Positions 21,367 to 34,102 are shown, counted from the stretch's first letter. The stretch is DNA of 64,000 nucleotides from Heteronotia binoei (GCF_032191835.1 NC_083229.1:83018001-83082000); one strand, 5' to 3'. Notes: generated from the sequence alone by a model not told the origin. Numbers and translations: made by a program.

Positions 21367-24299
21367 TTCCACCAACAATGCCACCAATAGATGCTTATTA
21401 TGACAAGCACATAAGGAAGAATAATTTGGCCCTGCATCCAGACTCAGAATGCTGCGAGGGGGAAGGCTGCCTTTTGCTTAGCCGGAAGGAGGAAGAGCAG
21501 AGGAGCAGGGCTGCTAGAGCAGCTGGTTTCCTGTTGAGGAAGAAGCCAACCTTGGTCAGCTGACTTCCTCCCTTTCTCTCAGTTTTGCCTCGTGCTCAGC
21601 CCACCCTCCCACCCTGGATATAGTGCAGGCTTCTGCTGGACTTGACCGTGCTGCAGACTAATGCCTTGCCTTTGCTGTTGGAATTTTAATAAAGTGGTCC
21701 TTAGTTTACCCAACTTCCTGTGTCTGTTTCTTTATTTTGATCAGGGAGGGGGGTGATTACTTAATAACTTATGGTGGTATGATAAATCCACGAGGAGAAA
21801 CTAAGTCATAGACAAAGGGTGTAAAATTCACAGCCGATCAAGCATTATGAGAAAATTGGTACCAGATGTTCTATCAATTGTATGCTGCACCAAAAGATAT
21901 TGAAAAGATGGATAAGAATTACAAAGGCTCCTGCTGGAAATGTAAGAATGCAAAATGCACCCTTTACCATATGTGGTAGACCTGCATCAAGGTAAAGAGA
22001 TTTTGGGAAAATATACTTGCTGAATTTTTTTCAAAAAACTAAAAACAAAATTCCCAGTGAAACTGGGATTTTACCAAACAATATAGAGACCTTCACAAGA
22101 CCTGTTTAGATATATGTTAACAGCTGTCAGAGTGACATTTGCAATGAGATGGAAGATAGAAGAATGTCCAATGATTTGGAAAGAAAAACTAGCTATGTGG
22201 TAATGGCAAAACTAACTATGTAAACAAAATACTGCTCAAAGAGTATCAGCAGAAATAGGAAGCTTATTATTCATATTATGGGAATAATTAGTTTATTAAT
22301 ACAAAATATGAAATTTTTTAAATCTATTTGATTATTATATAAAAGTCAAGGAGAATGATTATGGCATCATTTTTTCACTTAATACTCTTAAATATGTAAA
22401 ATATTTAGTAAGAATATAAGTAGTAAGAATATTTACAATATGATAAATGATTAAGATAATCTGTAGGTTACTATGAAAGTTCAAACTCAGTGTTAGTATT
22501 TAACTTAATGCTAGAGACATAACCTTTCTGATATTGAAACATTTTGTTTATTCTTTCAAAAAGAGTTAAAATATTTTTGAATATTGTTATTATATTTTAT
22601 TATCTGCTGTTATGTTTGAAAAACGTATTTTTATTAATACAACTGATTTCTCTTGTTGTATGTAACTCTTCATGGCATCTGAAAACTTTTTGATGAATTT
22701 TTATTTTCTCTAACCCCTCTTTACTTCTGTATCCCAATTTTCTTTTAAGAAAATCAGTAACACTGCTGTATCTTTGAATTTTGCCTATGAAGAGGATTTG
22801 GCTGGTATTCCATACTCTCCAACTAGTATAACTGGGTACAGTATTGTATTTTAATAAATACCAATCACAGTATTATTTAACATACAGGTGTAGTTTCATG
22901 AGTATATTGCAAGATTATCACATTCAACAAAATCCCAAGAGACAAAGCAATTATGTGCTACGTCAAGAGAGACTGCTTGCTTGCTTTCTATCATAATATC
23001 ATACTACTCCAAGTGACAGCAATTAAATGGAATCTCTCTCTTTTAGACTGAGTGGGCAAACAATGTCTTGCACAAAATCATGATGAATAACAAAAATGTT
23101 TCTACAATCGAAGTCATTTACAAAAAAAGTTAAATTTAATAAAAAGGACAGCAAATATAGTCTGTTTTTATTGTATTTTCTTGGAAGCAGAGTGCAACTG
23201 TTTCTAAAATATTTGAAAAATGCTGAAGACCTACTTATACTTTTTCCTGTTATACTTTCCACATAATGGATCATCAGCTAGTATTCTGACAAAATCTGTA
23301 AATAAATATTTCTTGAATGGCATTTTAAATTAATTCTTACAACAAATCTAAATTATATAAAGATTTTTGTGGCTATAAATTACTTTAATATATTTAACTA
23401 TGTAAGCCTACTATTGGTTTTTCTCCTTTATTTTCTATGTTTAATGTGTGTTATTGTATTGGTTATTTTTATTAATGTATGTAACTTTTATACTTATCTA
23501 TGATATGTTCATTTTCAGAATTTTCATTAATAAAATCATTTGAAATTTAAAAAAAAAAGAAATTGTAAGACATCTATATAATCCTTGAATCCAATATCTT
23601 ATATATAATGATTGAAATAGACAGTTCCAACCAAGCATGCAGTAAAGCTATAATCTAACCTACAGAAGTGGGTAGGACTCATTTAGGAAAGTACCTTCCT
23701 AGGACTTTGCTGAAAATGCTCTTTCTCAGAAGGGTTAAGATGTCACCAGGGGAAAATCTATGTGTCTTTAAATAGCTGCACCTTACTGAGACAATGATTT
23801 CAGCTGGGACTTGTTTGAAAGAGGCTGAATATTTTGAGACAGCTATGTCCACAGGAACTGTGCTTACAATAGAGAACCATAATATATAAAGGCATTGATT
23901 TACTGAATAAACCAACATCTTCTTTGGACGTTTAGTTTCCAGGACCAAGTCAAAGTGCTATTGCTCGATTTAAAAACCCTTCATGTCCTGAAACCCACAT
24001 AGTTGTAGGATTTCCTCTTCCTACAAGTTTGCTTTTAGCAGTTTTCTTCTTCTCAGCAGGGTCTAACCCCACCTCCAACTTTTTCTGTGGTCCAGGCTCA
24101 GCTTCAGATGTTTCCAGTGTCTGCCTGTGTGGGAACAACCTCCTGGAAGAGGCCAATGGTGCTAGTACCCTCCCAGATTTCTGTTCATATACCCTCCCTT
24201 CCTTCCACACCCCAGATGTATTTCAAAGTCCAGAAGGGTGGTGGAGCTGTGCTCCTGGACAATCTAAAGGCCCCTGCACCAATCAACTGATTGGTAGGT

Positions 24300-24657
24300 A
24301 AAACAGCGTGGCACTCACCATCTTTGAGTGCCACAGCAGGCCAGCAGCAGTGAAAGAACTGTGTTCTGAAAGGGCTCCTTCTGGAGGAGGGAGCAGCGGC
24401 GGCGCCCTTTCAGGATGCAGTTCTTTCATTGCTGCCAGTCTGCCTCTTTATAGGCATTAGATCGCCCAGGAGTGCAGCTCCACTGCCCTTCCGGGTTTTG
24501 AAATACATCTAGGGTGAGGAAGGGAGGGAGGAGGAGGCTGAGGAGATGGCAAACTAGGCATTTGCCTAAGGGGAAAGGGGGAGGCTGAATTCAGTGCCCC
24601 TGCCCTTCTGGCACCCTAGGCAACCACCTAGTTTGCCTAGTAGGCAACCTGGCCCTG
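24300..24657. mobile_element. Partial CAGGGCC-family hAT MITE
   Basis: 3' end ctaggcaaccacctagtttgcctagtaggcaacctggccctg matches 17645-17686; internal inverted repeat ~24345-24435. Confidence 0.55.
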
Positions 24658-24663
24658 TATATA

Positions 24664-24915
24664 AGAGCCCCGTGATGCAGAGTGGTAAATCTGCAGTACT
24701 ACAGTCTCTGCACACAACCTGAGTTCGATCTCGGCAGAAGCTGGGTTCAGGTAGCCAGCTCAAGGTTGACTCAGCCTTCCATCCTTCCGAGGTCAGTAAA
24801 ACGAGGACCCAGCTTGCTGGGGGGGGGGGGGAAGTGTAGATGACTGGGGAAGGCAATGACAAAACCACCCCATAAAAAAGTCTGCTGTGAAAACGTCGTG
24901 ATGTGACATCACCCC
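24664..24915 (+). mobile_element. Sauria SINE
   Basis: tRNA-like head gagccccgtgatgcagagtggtaa…ctgagttcgat; caaggttgactcagccttccatccttccgaggtc; ggggaaggcaat…aaaccacccc. Confidence 0.85.
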
Positions 24916-25083
24916 TGTTTTAGTGTTTATTTATCAGTGTTTTTATTTGTTTTATACTTTTCCTATCCACCTTGAGTCCTGAGATGCTCAGGGGAAAAGT
25001 AGGCGTACAAATATTATAAATCAATATATAAATACATCAGCAACCATTTCTGATTTCTTTTTAACATGCAAGTTTCTTTAGAT

Positions 25084-25325
25084 CATGGGTCCCCAACCCC
25101 TGGGCCATGGACCGGTATCAGTTTGTGGCTTCTTAGCAACTTGCTGCAGAGTGAGGCAGAGACCTTCACCTTCTCTTCATTTAAAGACCCCCGTGAGGGG
25201 GCAGGGATGGAGTGTGGACATGGGGGCAGACTGGGGCATCAAAAAACCCAGCACCCCCACCAGTCTGTGGAAAAATTGTCTTGCACAAAACTGGTCCCTG
25301 GTGCCAAAAAGGTTTGGGGCCACTG
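25084..25325. mobile_element. Charlie/MER1-like hAT MITE
   Basis: TIRs catgggtccccaacc/ggtttggggccactg; perfect 8-bp TSD ctttagat (25076-25083, 25326-25333). Confidence 0.9.
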
Positions 25326-25512
25326 CTTTAGATCATGAAAAGATACTATTGGAAGGTAGACAGTGATACCACTAAGGATTTCCCAACTTTGTCCAGAGCA
25401 AGATTAAATACCATCAAGTCATTGATTTTACTTATACATTAAAACCAAATACTGGTTTCATTGGCACAACTCTGAAAATTTATCTACATTATTACAATTC
25501 CTTAGAAATTAC

Positions 25513-25581
25513 ATTAAATACTTTCTGTATGTTTATGTTCCATTGCATTAAATACTTTCTGTATGTTTATGTTCCATTGCT
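25513..25581. repeat. 34-bp tandem duplication
   Basis: attaaatactttctgtatgtttatgttccattgc x2. Confidence 0.9.
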
Positions 25582-26511
25582 TAATAAAAAGCAAAAAAAA
25601 ATCAAAAACTTGTTCTTAAAATTTTATTTCTACAGCAATTTAACCATTACCACAGGAAACTTTTCTCACAGAGAAATTATGTTGCTTCTGTGTTCCAAAC
25701 ACTCAGTTAAAATGCTGGGTTTTTTCTTTCTTTTTTTAAAAAAGGAATCTACCTGACTCAGTATCCTAGGCAACAACTCTCTGGTTAATGATCCACTAAA
25801 AGCTCACTGTGGACGTGGTTTATTAGTTTTATTAGCTTTGCCAAGTGTAGAAGAAAGAGGCTTCAGTTAAAATGCCACCTTACATTCATGTGCAACATAG
25901 ACTGTGAATAGTGCAGAATGAGAGATCTAGCAAACATTTTTAATTTTTTAAATTTTAAGTAAATATTCAAAAAGGAGTTTAACAATTTCCAGAAGAAACC
26001 TCTGCACCTTTGGACCCTATCAGCTCATTACACATTCTGGGTACAATCTCATGTAAGAAATGCTGCCTTCTCTACTAGCACCCCAACAAGCTACATTTCC
26101 ATGGGATCATATTTGATGAACTAATAGTAGAGATTAATGCAGAGCAATGACTTTCCTGTGGTGAACTGGACTGGTGCTGTGGGGAGGTCAACGTTAGTTC
26201 TGGGAGAATTAAATATATACCCTCAAACTGCCATAGCATTTCTACTGCACATATTATTCCGGAAGAAGATTGCTCCGGCTATTATTATCAATATATCTAA
26301 TTCTCAACTGGCAATATTTGTGGATATTTAAATCCTAAGACTGGAAACATGAACAGACAAGACAGATCTTTCTACAAACTTCACAAAAAAACCCCAGATT
26401 TTCAGAAAAATCTGAAATTTTAAAAAAACCACATTGGGAGTATGAGTGGGAAAAACACAAAATAATAGAAGCAGCAATTACAGTTTTAAGAAACGTCTGT
26501 CTTCAGTGTCT

Positions 26512-26524
26512 GTTGCTAGGCAAC
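26512..26524. promoter_or_regulatory. RFX X-box consensus match
   Basis: GTTGCTAGGCAAC (reverse complement GTTGCC-T-AGCAAC fits GTNRCC-N0-3-RGYAAC); function unproven. Confidence 0.3.
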
Positions 26525-27569
26525 CACAACAGTACTGGCAGTACTTAAGTCTTGGTTTCTACCAGAAAAAGGTATGGGTTGTTTTGCCCTTTGATAGAAG
26601 ACTCATGGGGCCAAATCCAGCAGCAACCAGTAGCATAACTTGATATCGCATTACATGCATGACTCACCCAGACTGGCTGCTGACTATTGTTCAACAACAG
26701 TTACCACACAAAGGCTAGTGGTTTAGCACAGTTAGTGTTTTGGAATTAGTTTGACTCCTCACTCTGTCACAGAAACACTCTAGGGACTTGGGGCCAGTTG
26801 CACATTATCAGCCTAACCCATTATAAAGGAGTCTTAAAATGATTTTTAAACAAAGGTAGCATAATGTAAATCTCAATAATTTGGTCTGTACCCCTATTCT
26901 CTGCCTGACAGACTTCTCAATAAAATAAGTTTAGCATCTGTTAGAGAAACAGGAAAAAGAACAGCAACTTTTATTTACTTGCAGGGATAGAGGAATAAGG
27001 TGGTTCAGAAAAGAGGACAGATGTAACACAGTCTTTCTGGGCCCTTTCATTTGTAAGGTTGTAGTTTACTATTTAACAGTACAGAGAGAAATCAGCCATC
27101 AAGTTTGTATTCTTTAGATGACTATTGGCCTTCCTCAAGCTCAGGATTCTCACAGAGTAAATATGAGCTCCTCTCAAATACCACAAATATTGCACTAAGT
27201 TTCCCCAGAAACAGGGGAAGCAGCTTCAGTCTCTTCCTCAGACTAGCCAGGTTTAGTGGGTTCTGAGACAATCTTGAGATAGGTTCTTTCCCAACCAACA
27301 CTCTGGAGATGCAAACCCTGTCTCCACACATTCAGTAGTTTAGCCTACTTACACACAAGTTAGACTCTGAGAAAGGATTCCTCTGGTTCACCTTCTCTGA
27401 ATGTTCAGTCCCTATCTTCCACAGTTAAGAGCTTTTTTCTCTCTTGCTCTCCCCTCCCATCTGGCTCCTCTAGCCCTTCCAGGGGTTCTAATTAGCTGCT
27501 TTTCTGCCTAAAAACAGGACTAGAGGGGATTGGTGTTTCTCAGAAAGAGGCTGGACCTTTACCCATATG

Positions 27570-27680
27570 TAACACCTACCTCACAGAGTCGTTGTGAGGA
27601 TAAAATGGAGGAGAGCAAAATGATGTAAGCTAATTTGAGTCCTCCTTGGAGAGAAAGGCAGGGTATAAAAGAAGCAAAGA
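27570..27680 (+). mobile_element. MIR/Squam-like SINE 3' fragment
   Basis: cctacctcacagagtcgttgtgaggataaaatggagg…gagaaaggcagggtataaaa. Confidence 0.6.
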
Positions 27681-29017
27681 AATAGTAATAAATATAGATG
27701 AAGAGGCAGATATAAGATTGGTTGGCTGGTGAGTGGGAAGGAGAGATGGAAGCAGGGGAAATATGGGGGTTGCAAGGAGGACATGGTATGGGGTGTGGGA
27801 TGTGAGGTGCCCCCACAATTTTTGAGGGTTCACCACCACACAACTGGGCCCCTCTCAGTGGCCAGCACAGTGTGGATTTTTCCATAGCAGGGGCTGCTAA
27901 AGAGCAGGAAGGACAGAAAGCTAAAGACAGAGGGAGATAAATGAAGATTAACTAATGGACTGAAAGGACAGAAGGAAGCAGGAAAGTGGGGGCAGGAACA
28001 GAAAAGGGGCTTTCAAGGCAGAGAAAATAATGGGACAAGGAAAATGAGATGCCCCTGTATTTTTCTGGGTCCCTTGCTTGTTATGAACTATTTCCTATAT
28101 CCATACCAATGATATAGCTCAGCATCTAGTATGCAGTTTTGGTGAATTAATGCTGTGACAGTACTGTCTGCATTACATTTCTGAACATCATGCCCTGTAT
28201 CCCCATGCTACCATTTTGCACATTAAATATGTAGTTCTTCTTGCCGTGCTGTGAATGAATTTCACATATATTTATATTCTTCTGCCATCTCTGTTTGCCC
28301 TTTCTTGAAATATTCACTAAAAATATCAGATATTTGGAGTAGCAAATGCTGACATTTCTGCTATTTCCCATAGCTATGCTTGGCATCCTGACCTCAGTAA
28401 AATGAAACTGAGCATTCAATACTGATCTCCTTGCATCCAGAAGTGCCAAAAGGATCTGGCTCTAGTCTAGTAATTTACAGTGCAATCTTATGCACAGTTA
28501 ATTGATGAGCTTAGATTGAAGTAGCTCTGTATAGGATTGCATGTTAGAGATGCCGAAGTTTGACTCAAAGGATATCCATAATCTCTCCTAAGTACTCCAA
28601 AACTGCACCTTTGGTTTTCAAAACATAATTACTAAGGTACTCAATAACATCCTGTTCTCCTTTCTTCACCTTCTGTTATGACAACTTCTAATTAAATAAT
28701 AGCCAATTACCTCTATAGCACACATACATCTTCTTAAGCACTTTCCACTGTAAGCCCTCATATGTAAAATCCCAGGTAAAAAACACAATGGCTCCAGGGC
28801 CCTAATAGAGTAGCAGTGTGGAACTCTTACTCAGACTGCAGTCACACACTAAATAATGGACTTTCAATCCACTTTAAATGCATTTTGCAACTGGATTTTA
28901 CTGTGTGAACTGGCGAAGTCCAGTTGGAAAGTTCATTGAGTGGTTTGAAAGTGCATTATTTAGTGTTGGTTGTTGTAGATTTTCCGGGCTGTGTGGCTGT
29001 GGTCTTGGCATTGTGAG

Positions 29018-29060
29018 ACCTGACATTTCACCAGCAACTGTGACTGGCATCCTCAGAGGA
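29018..29060 (-). ncRNA. Minimal hammerhead ribozyme motif
   Basis: Reverse complement CTGAGGA-tgccagtcacagttgctggt-GAAA-tGTC-aggt. Confidence 0.6.
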
Positions 29061-29336
29061 GTAACCCAGAAAACTGGAGTTCTCTCTTGTTCAAATTGAG
29101 AAACTGGTAGGCAGGTAACTCAGGCAGGTGGGGTAGGGCTGGAGGAACTTACCTGAAGGGGTTCTTTTGTATATGGATTGGCCAATCCATATACAAAAGA
29201 CCCTCTCAGGTAAGCCCAGAAAGTTCCCACAAGATAATGACTCAGCCTTACCTCACCTGCCTGAATAGATATAAATTGCCTGCCTACCAACTTTTTCTCA
29301 ATTTGACCCAGAGAGAACTTCAGTTTTCTAGGTTAC

Positions 29337-29379
29337 ACCTCTGAGGATGCCAGTCACAGTTGCTGGTGAAACATCAAGT
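29337..29379 (+). ncRNA. Minimal hammerhead ribozyme motif
   Basis: acct-CTGAGGA-tgccagtcacagttgctggt-GAAAC-ATC-aagt. Confidence 0.6.
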
Positions 29380-30461
29380 CTCACAATGCCAAGACCACAG
29401 TCATACAGCCCAGAAAATCTACAACAACCAATGGACTCTGGCCATGAAAGCCTTCAACAACGTATTATTTAGTGTGTGTGACAACAGCCTTAGTCTCTTA
29501 TGATCATCAGCATGCAAAGTACCCAAAATAGTTTCTGCAACAATTTTCAATCATCTTGTAAATTATTTTTAATTTAATAATACTTCAGCTTTATAGTTCT
29601 TGATCTCAGTGTGATTGTCATTAAATTTCAGCCCAAATGAGATGCTTACTGTTTAGAGAAAAGCATTGTAGGTTTCATCACAACTACAAGAAGCTCCTTC
29701 AGAAGTTATGTGTTCTTTTTCATATAACAAAGATTCTACCTTTTATTGACTTCTTTCTCCTTCCAGTCATGCTATCCAATTCTGTGCTTGCTAATTTATT
29801 TATTATTTATTTAGGGGGGGGGGGGGGAGATTATGTTGTCTCTCCAAGAAATCTCACAGCAATGGGAAGGTGAAGGCTGTAAGGTAACAACAGCTCCATA
29901 AAGATAATATACGGGATGTAATGAAATGCTACATTGTGTAAATTGCTATAGGTTTATACAGTAAACTGTAAAATTGCTGTAGATGAAAAAAAATCTGCTA
30001 AAGATGCCAAGTGAAAGACTATGAACAGTCAATGGTTAGAGTCTCAAGGACAAGTGGTATGTTCAGGATTGAAGGCAATTGGCTGAAGAAGAAGGGGCCG
30101 AAGAGAAGCAAATGTAGAAAGATGCTTGGTTTAATGTGGGGCAAAGCACCATAGCATTTGTGTTTATATTTTATTATTGCTGTGTAATGTACTGAGTGAC
30201 GAGACGTGTTGAAGGCTACATGCTTTATTAGCAAGTACATCACAAGGTGAGGCAACGCAGGCCGGGTCCTGATTATATGCATACCCCAGAACAACCCTCA
30301 GTCTGGCCAGGTCCAATCCTGACCAGTTAAACTTCCCGCCACAGATCTTGATTGGCGGAGCGTATTTGCGGAGCTACATCCGGGGACCAGTGGGCTTCCA
30401 CTGGTCACCTCCGTAGTGTCCGCTGTGTTGTAATTTCAGGACTGAAATGCAAGACACAACA

Positions 30462-32177
30462 CTGAAAAATCCCCAGAGCCACACTAACCCCAAATTTCAA
30501 CTGCCGCACCCGAAAAGCTCCCCTGTGAGTCACAATGGTTTGGGCTTCGACTGTCTTGGAGTCCACCGGGAGTTGCTGGTACGCCTGGCCAAGTCCAGTT
30601 TCCCAAAAACCTTAGAGCCTGCTAGGGCTGCCAGTACGTGGCTGACCACCGGAACGGGGTATGGGTTGTCCTGAAGTGCCTTATTTATTGTGCACTTGTA
30701 ATCAGCGCATATGCGCACATCTCCATTCGGCTTCACTGGAGTGACTGTGGGTGTTTCCCATGCAGCATAGGATATCGGTTCTAGCACTCCCTGGGCCATG
30801 AGGCGGTCCAGCTCCGCTTCTATTTTTGGTTTAAGAGTGAATGGAACTCGCCTGGCCTTCAGCCTTATCGGTCTCATGTGAGGATCAAGGGGTAAGGTGA
30901 TGGGAGGCTCCTTGTAGCACCCCAGCGACCCATCAAACACTTCCGAGAATTCCCAGCACATGTGTTCGAAATTTCACGTTCACATCTGCTGCACCCCCAC
31001 TATTTGAATACCCAGTGGTTGAAACCAGGCGAGCTCCAGTAATGTGGTGAGCTGGCGTTTGACCACGAGAATGTCCAGCGTGCCCTTAAAGTTCTTAAAC
31101 TCTACCCTTACAGTGGCCCAACCCAAAATCTGTACAGGGTTTTTTGGGAAGTCCCGCAGTATGAAGTCCACCGGTCGCAGCCGGGCCAGCCATGGGGACA
31201 AAGTTTTCTTAGAGACTCCTCCAAAATTATGGAGATGGAGGAGCCCGAGTCCAGCTTTGTTAGGCTGGAGTGCCCTCAATTAGGACCAACACCCTGACCT
31301 TATCTGGGGTGGTGAGGGGCAAGTTCATTACCTGCAGGCTAGTCGATGCGATCGAGTAGGCATCAGTCGAGTCATGGTTGGTGGACTGGCATCTGCAGGT
31401 GGCCTTGGCCCGGCAAGCCAGCGCTATGTGGCCCACTCTTCCGCAGTTCCTGCAGTCCACGTTGCGATAGGGGCAGTCCCGGCGCTCGTGTGGATCCCCA
31501 CAGCTGGCGCACTTGGTGTTGGCTGGTCTCTCTGTTGCTCATGGCCGAGTGGGCACTTCCGGCCCCATTCCTGGTTGGCGATGTAGCTGGTTTGCCTCCT
31601 TCTCTTCTGGGTTGCCCGGTACCATCTCCTCCTGGTGGACAGCTTCCGTTCGCGGGTTGTTGTAAGCTTTGGTTGCTCTCTCGAATGCGGTGGCTTTGTT
31701 GAAGGCGAGTTGGAGGGTGAGCTCTTCCTTTGTGAAGAGCTTTTGCTGCAGTCTTTCGTCTCGGAGGCCCCAGATGAAGCGATCCCTCAGGGCTTCATTC
31801 AGCTTGTCGAAGCTGCAGTTTCACGATTTGGTGGAGGGTGGCCAGGTAGACAGCAGCTGTCTCTCCCACCCCTTGATCCCTCTTGTGAAAGAGAAATCGG
31901 CAGGCGATGATGGAAGGCTGGGGCAAGAAGTGCCCGGTCAGGAGACTATCCCCTCATACGTTTTCTCCGTAATCTTCGCAGGGGGCAAGAGACCCTTTGC
32001 AATCTCGAATGTGGCCTCCCCGCAGACACTCAGGAGCACGTCTCTCTTACGGCTGTCATCTGTAATCATGTTCGCTCATAGGTAGCAGTCGACCCGCTCC
32101 GTGTAGGTCTCCCACCTATCAGGGTTGGCGGAGTCGAACTCTGCAAGGTGGCCCGTCGTCCCACTTGGGTTAGCCAT
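30462..32177 (-). pseudogene. Gypsy gag-protease-RT (truncated, frameshifted)
   Basis: gag ATG 32177 (MANPSG…WETYTERVDCYL); zinc knuckle CRNCGRVGHIALAC; protease LDSG; RT PIRLKARRVPF…WETPTVTPVKPNGDVRICADYK…FGKLDL…FGVSVALGIFQ, then directly the LTR. Confidence 0.9.
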
Positions 32178-32275
32178 GGCAGCGGCGGTGGCAGGCGCTT
32201 CCGTCTCCCTCGAATGCGTGCCTTCCTCGTCTCCAGCCAGGTCAGCAAAGTCCAGCTTGGGGAGTTATCTGGCTA

Positions 32276-32295
32276 GAATCCCATCCTCGTCGCCA
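32276..32295 (-). other. Primer-binding site complementary to tRNA-Ser(GCU) 3' end
   Basis: Plus strand reads GAATCCCATCCTCGTCGCCA, matching the vertebrate tRNA-Ser(GCU) 3' end including CCA as I recall it; 1 nt from the 5' LTR. Confidence 0.8.
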
Positions 32296-33778
32296 CTGTA
32301 ATGTACTGAGTGACGAAACGTGTTGAAGGCAACATGCTTTATTAGTGAGTACATCACAAGGCAAGGCAACGCGGGCCAGGTCCCTATTATATACATACCC
32401 CGGAACAACCCTCAGTCTGGCCAGGTCCAGTCCTGGCCAGTTAAACTTCCCACCACAGATCTTGATTGGTGGAGAGTATTTGCAAAGCTACATCTGGGGA
32501 CCAGTGGGCTTCCACTGGTCACCTCTGTAGCATCCGCTATGTTGTAATTTCGGGACTGAAATGCAAGACACAACATGCTGTATGTCTTCTATATGTTGCT
32601 TTATTGATTTAAAGACAAGTACTTTATTTACAAAGTAAAGATGTAATTAGATTAAGCCTTTTAAAGTTGGAGTGAGTGGTTTACTTGGGATTTGTGAACA
32701 TTTTCTCCACCAACGAAACAATTTTCATAGTCAGAATGTTCACTCAGAAATGTAGTCTGCAGCTGGTTGGCTTTCTTAAATGATGCTTTGGGATCATATG
32801 TAGGGATATCTGTTCTTTTCTTCTGTATCTTTTTTCCCCTTTTGCAACTGTTGAAATTAAAATGGTCCTGAGAATATATGAATGTGGCTCAGAGTCTTCC
32901 CAGTATGCTGTCAATAAAGAAGTATGTGCAAGATCTTGCAAAAGAAATAGAATTGTTAACAAGGTATAGTGCTTTAAATAGTCCTCATTATATTCATATC
33001 TTTGTCAAAAGCAAACTCTTCTAGATAACAGCAGAGGAAAAAATACATGAGAGGCATAAATCTCTGTAGGTTATATTTAATATGCCCTAACTTCCTTCTC
33101 ATTGTGACCTCCAATGAAGTCTCCAAATAGTCACCTAATAAAGAAGAAACTGAGCTTCATAAGACAAAGAAAAACCAGAGAGACTTGGAGCAATGCTTCC
33201 ATTGGCAGGATTTTTTGTATCCTGCATAATTCATTATCCTTCCCTTTAAATCTCTAGCACTGTCAGTTTATGTTTTATGCTTTTAGTTACCCTGTTAACC
33301 TTTCAATACCATTGTAACACCCCCAAACACCACATTTTGCATACTTGTTGTAGCGTCACTGGCTTGCTTCTCCAGTAGTAATACTGGGTCTAGTATAACC
33401 CCAACTATATAAGAGAATGTCAGATGGACCCCATCTGTTTCTTACCTGATGCTCTTTGGAATTATAGGCATTCTGAGATATGTGTGAGACCATTGCAGAA
33501 ATCAGAATGCTGCTCCATCTGCCACCCCTCACTAGCTATGACACTGCACTCTCATGTTTGTATTTGTACGATAGAGTCTTCCAGCTTTTTTCTAGTGTGA
33601 GACCATATTATCGGTCCAGGCATATAAATTTCACCTACAACATATTACTAGGTATTACCAGTCATATTAATGTATGGTATGGTTTGGTGTTTATATCGTG
33701 CAGACCAACAGTGCATAGTCAAGTCAAGATTTATGGCAGCATCAAGATATTTGCAGGAATATAAAATACTGGGAGCAT

Positions 33779-34102
33779 NNNNNNNNNNNNNNNNNNNNNN
33801 NNNNNNNNNNNNNNNNNNNNNNNNNNNNNNNNNNNNNNNNNNNNNNNNNNNNNNNNNNNNNNNNNNNNNNNNNNNNNNNNNNNNNNNNNNNNNNNNNNNN
33901 NNNNNNNNNNNNNNNNNNNNNNNNNNNNNNNNNNNNNNNNNNNNNNNNNNNNNNNNNNNNNNNNNNNNNNNNNNNNNNNNNNNNNNNNNNNNNNNNNNNN
34001 NNNNNNNNNNNNNNNNNNNNNNNNNNNNNNNNNNNNNNNNNNNNNNNNNNNNNNNNNNNNNNNNNNNNNNNNNNNNNNNNNNNNNNNNNNNNNNNNNNNN
34101 NN
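33779..34102. other. Assembly gap (324 N)
   Basis: Run of N. Confidence 1.

Larger units (their letters stand above)
17770..22330 (+). mobile_element. Degenerate, internally deleted L1-clade LINE ORF2 (endonuclease to C-terminal Cys region)
   Basis: Fragments GIYASNED (EN); FLNAEKTVD; FKIEKGAYQGCPSSPLLFI; KMNVLPKLNFLLQIIP…KPRIRFKVLQ…GVLPNIKLYYQA; CWKC…GTLYHMW C-terminus; many stops and frameshifts. Confidence 0.85.
28965..29460. mobile_element. Penelope-related palindromic element: two inverted terminal modules
   Basis: Imperfect inverted repeat with ~230-bp arms centred on cttttgtatatggattggccaatccatatacaaaag (~29165-29200); right arm matches 14625-14815. Confidence 0.8.
30183..32575 (-). 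mobile_element. Ty3/Gypsy (Mag-like) LTR retrotransposon, internally deleted, two 279-bp LTRs
   Basis: LTRs 30183-30461 and 32297-32575 (TG…CA, ~25 mismatches by hand count); 5-bp TSD tgctg (30178-30182, 32576-32580); gag, protease and RT N-terminus inside. Confidence 0.95.

Noticed and set aside
21390-21760. LTR-like stretch with AATAAA inside the L1
   Set aside because: Termini and TSD could not be defined.
23023-23320. Possible minus-strand mini-exon DFVRILADDPLCGKYNRKKY
   Set aside because: Only ~20 codons and not linkable to other exons.
26939-27570. Possible solo LTR (tgttag…tgtaaca)
   Set aside because: No TSD; boundaries ambiguous.
28147-28449. 100-aa minus-strand ORF
   Set aside because: No motif or family match; no splice boundaries.
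31346-32085. Plus-strand ORFs up to 138 aa
   Set aside because: Antisense shadows of Gypsy gag.
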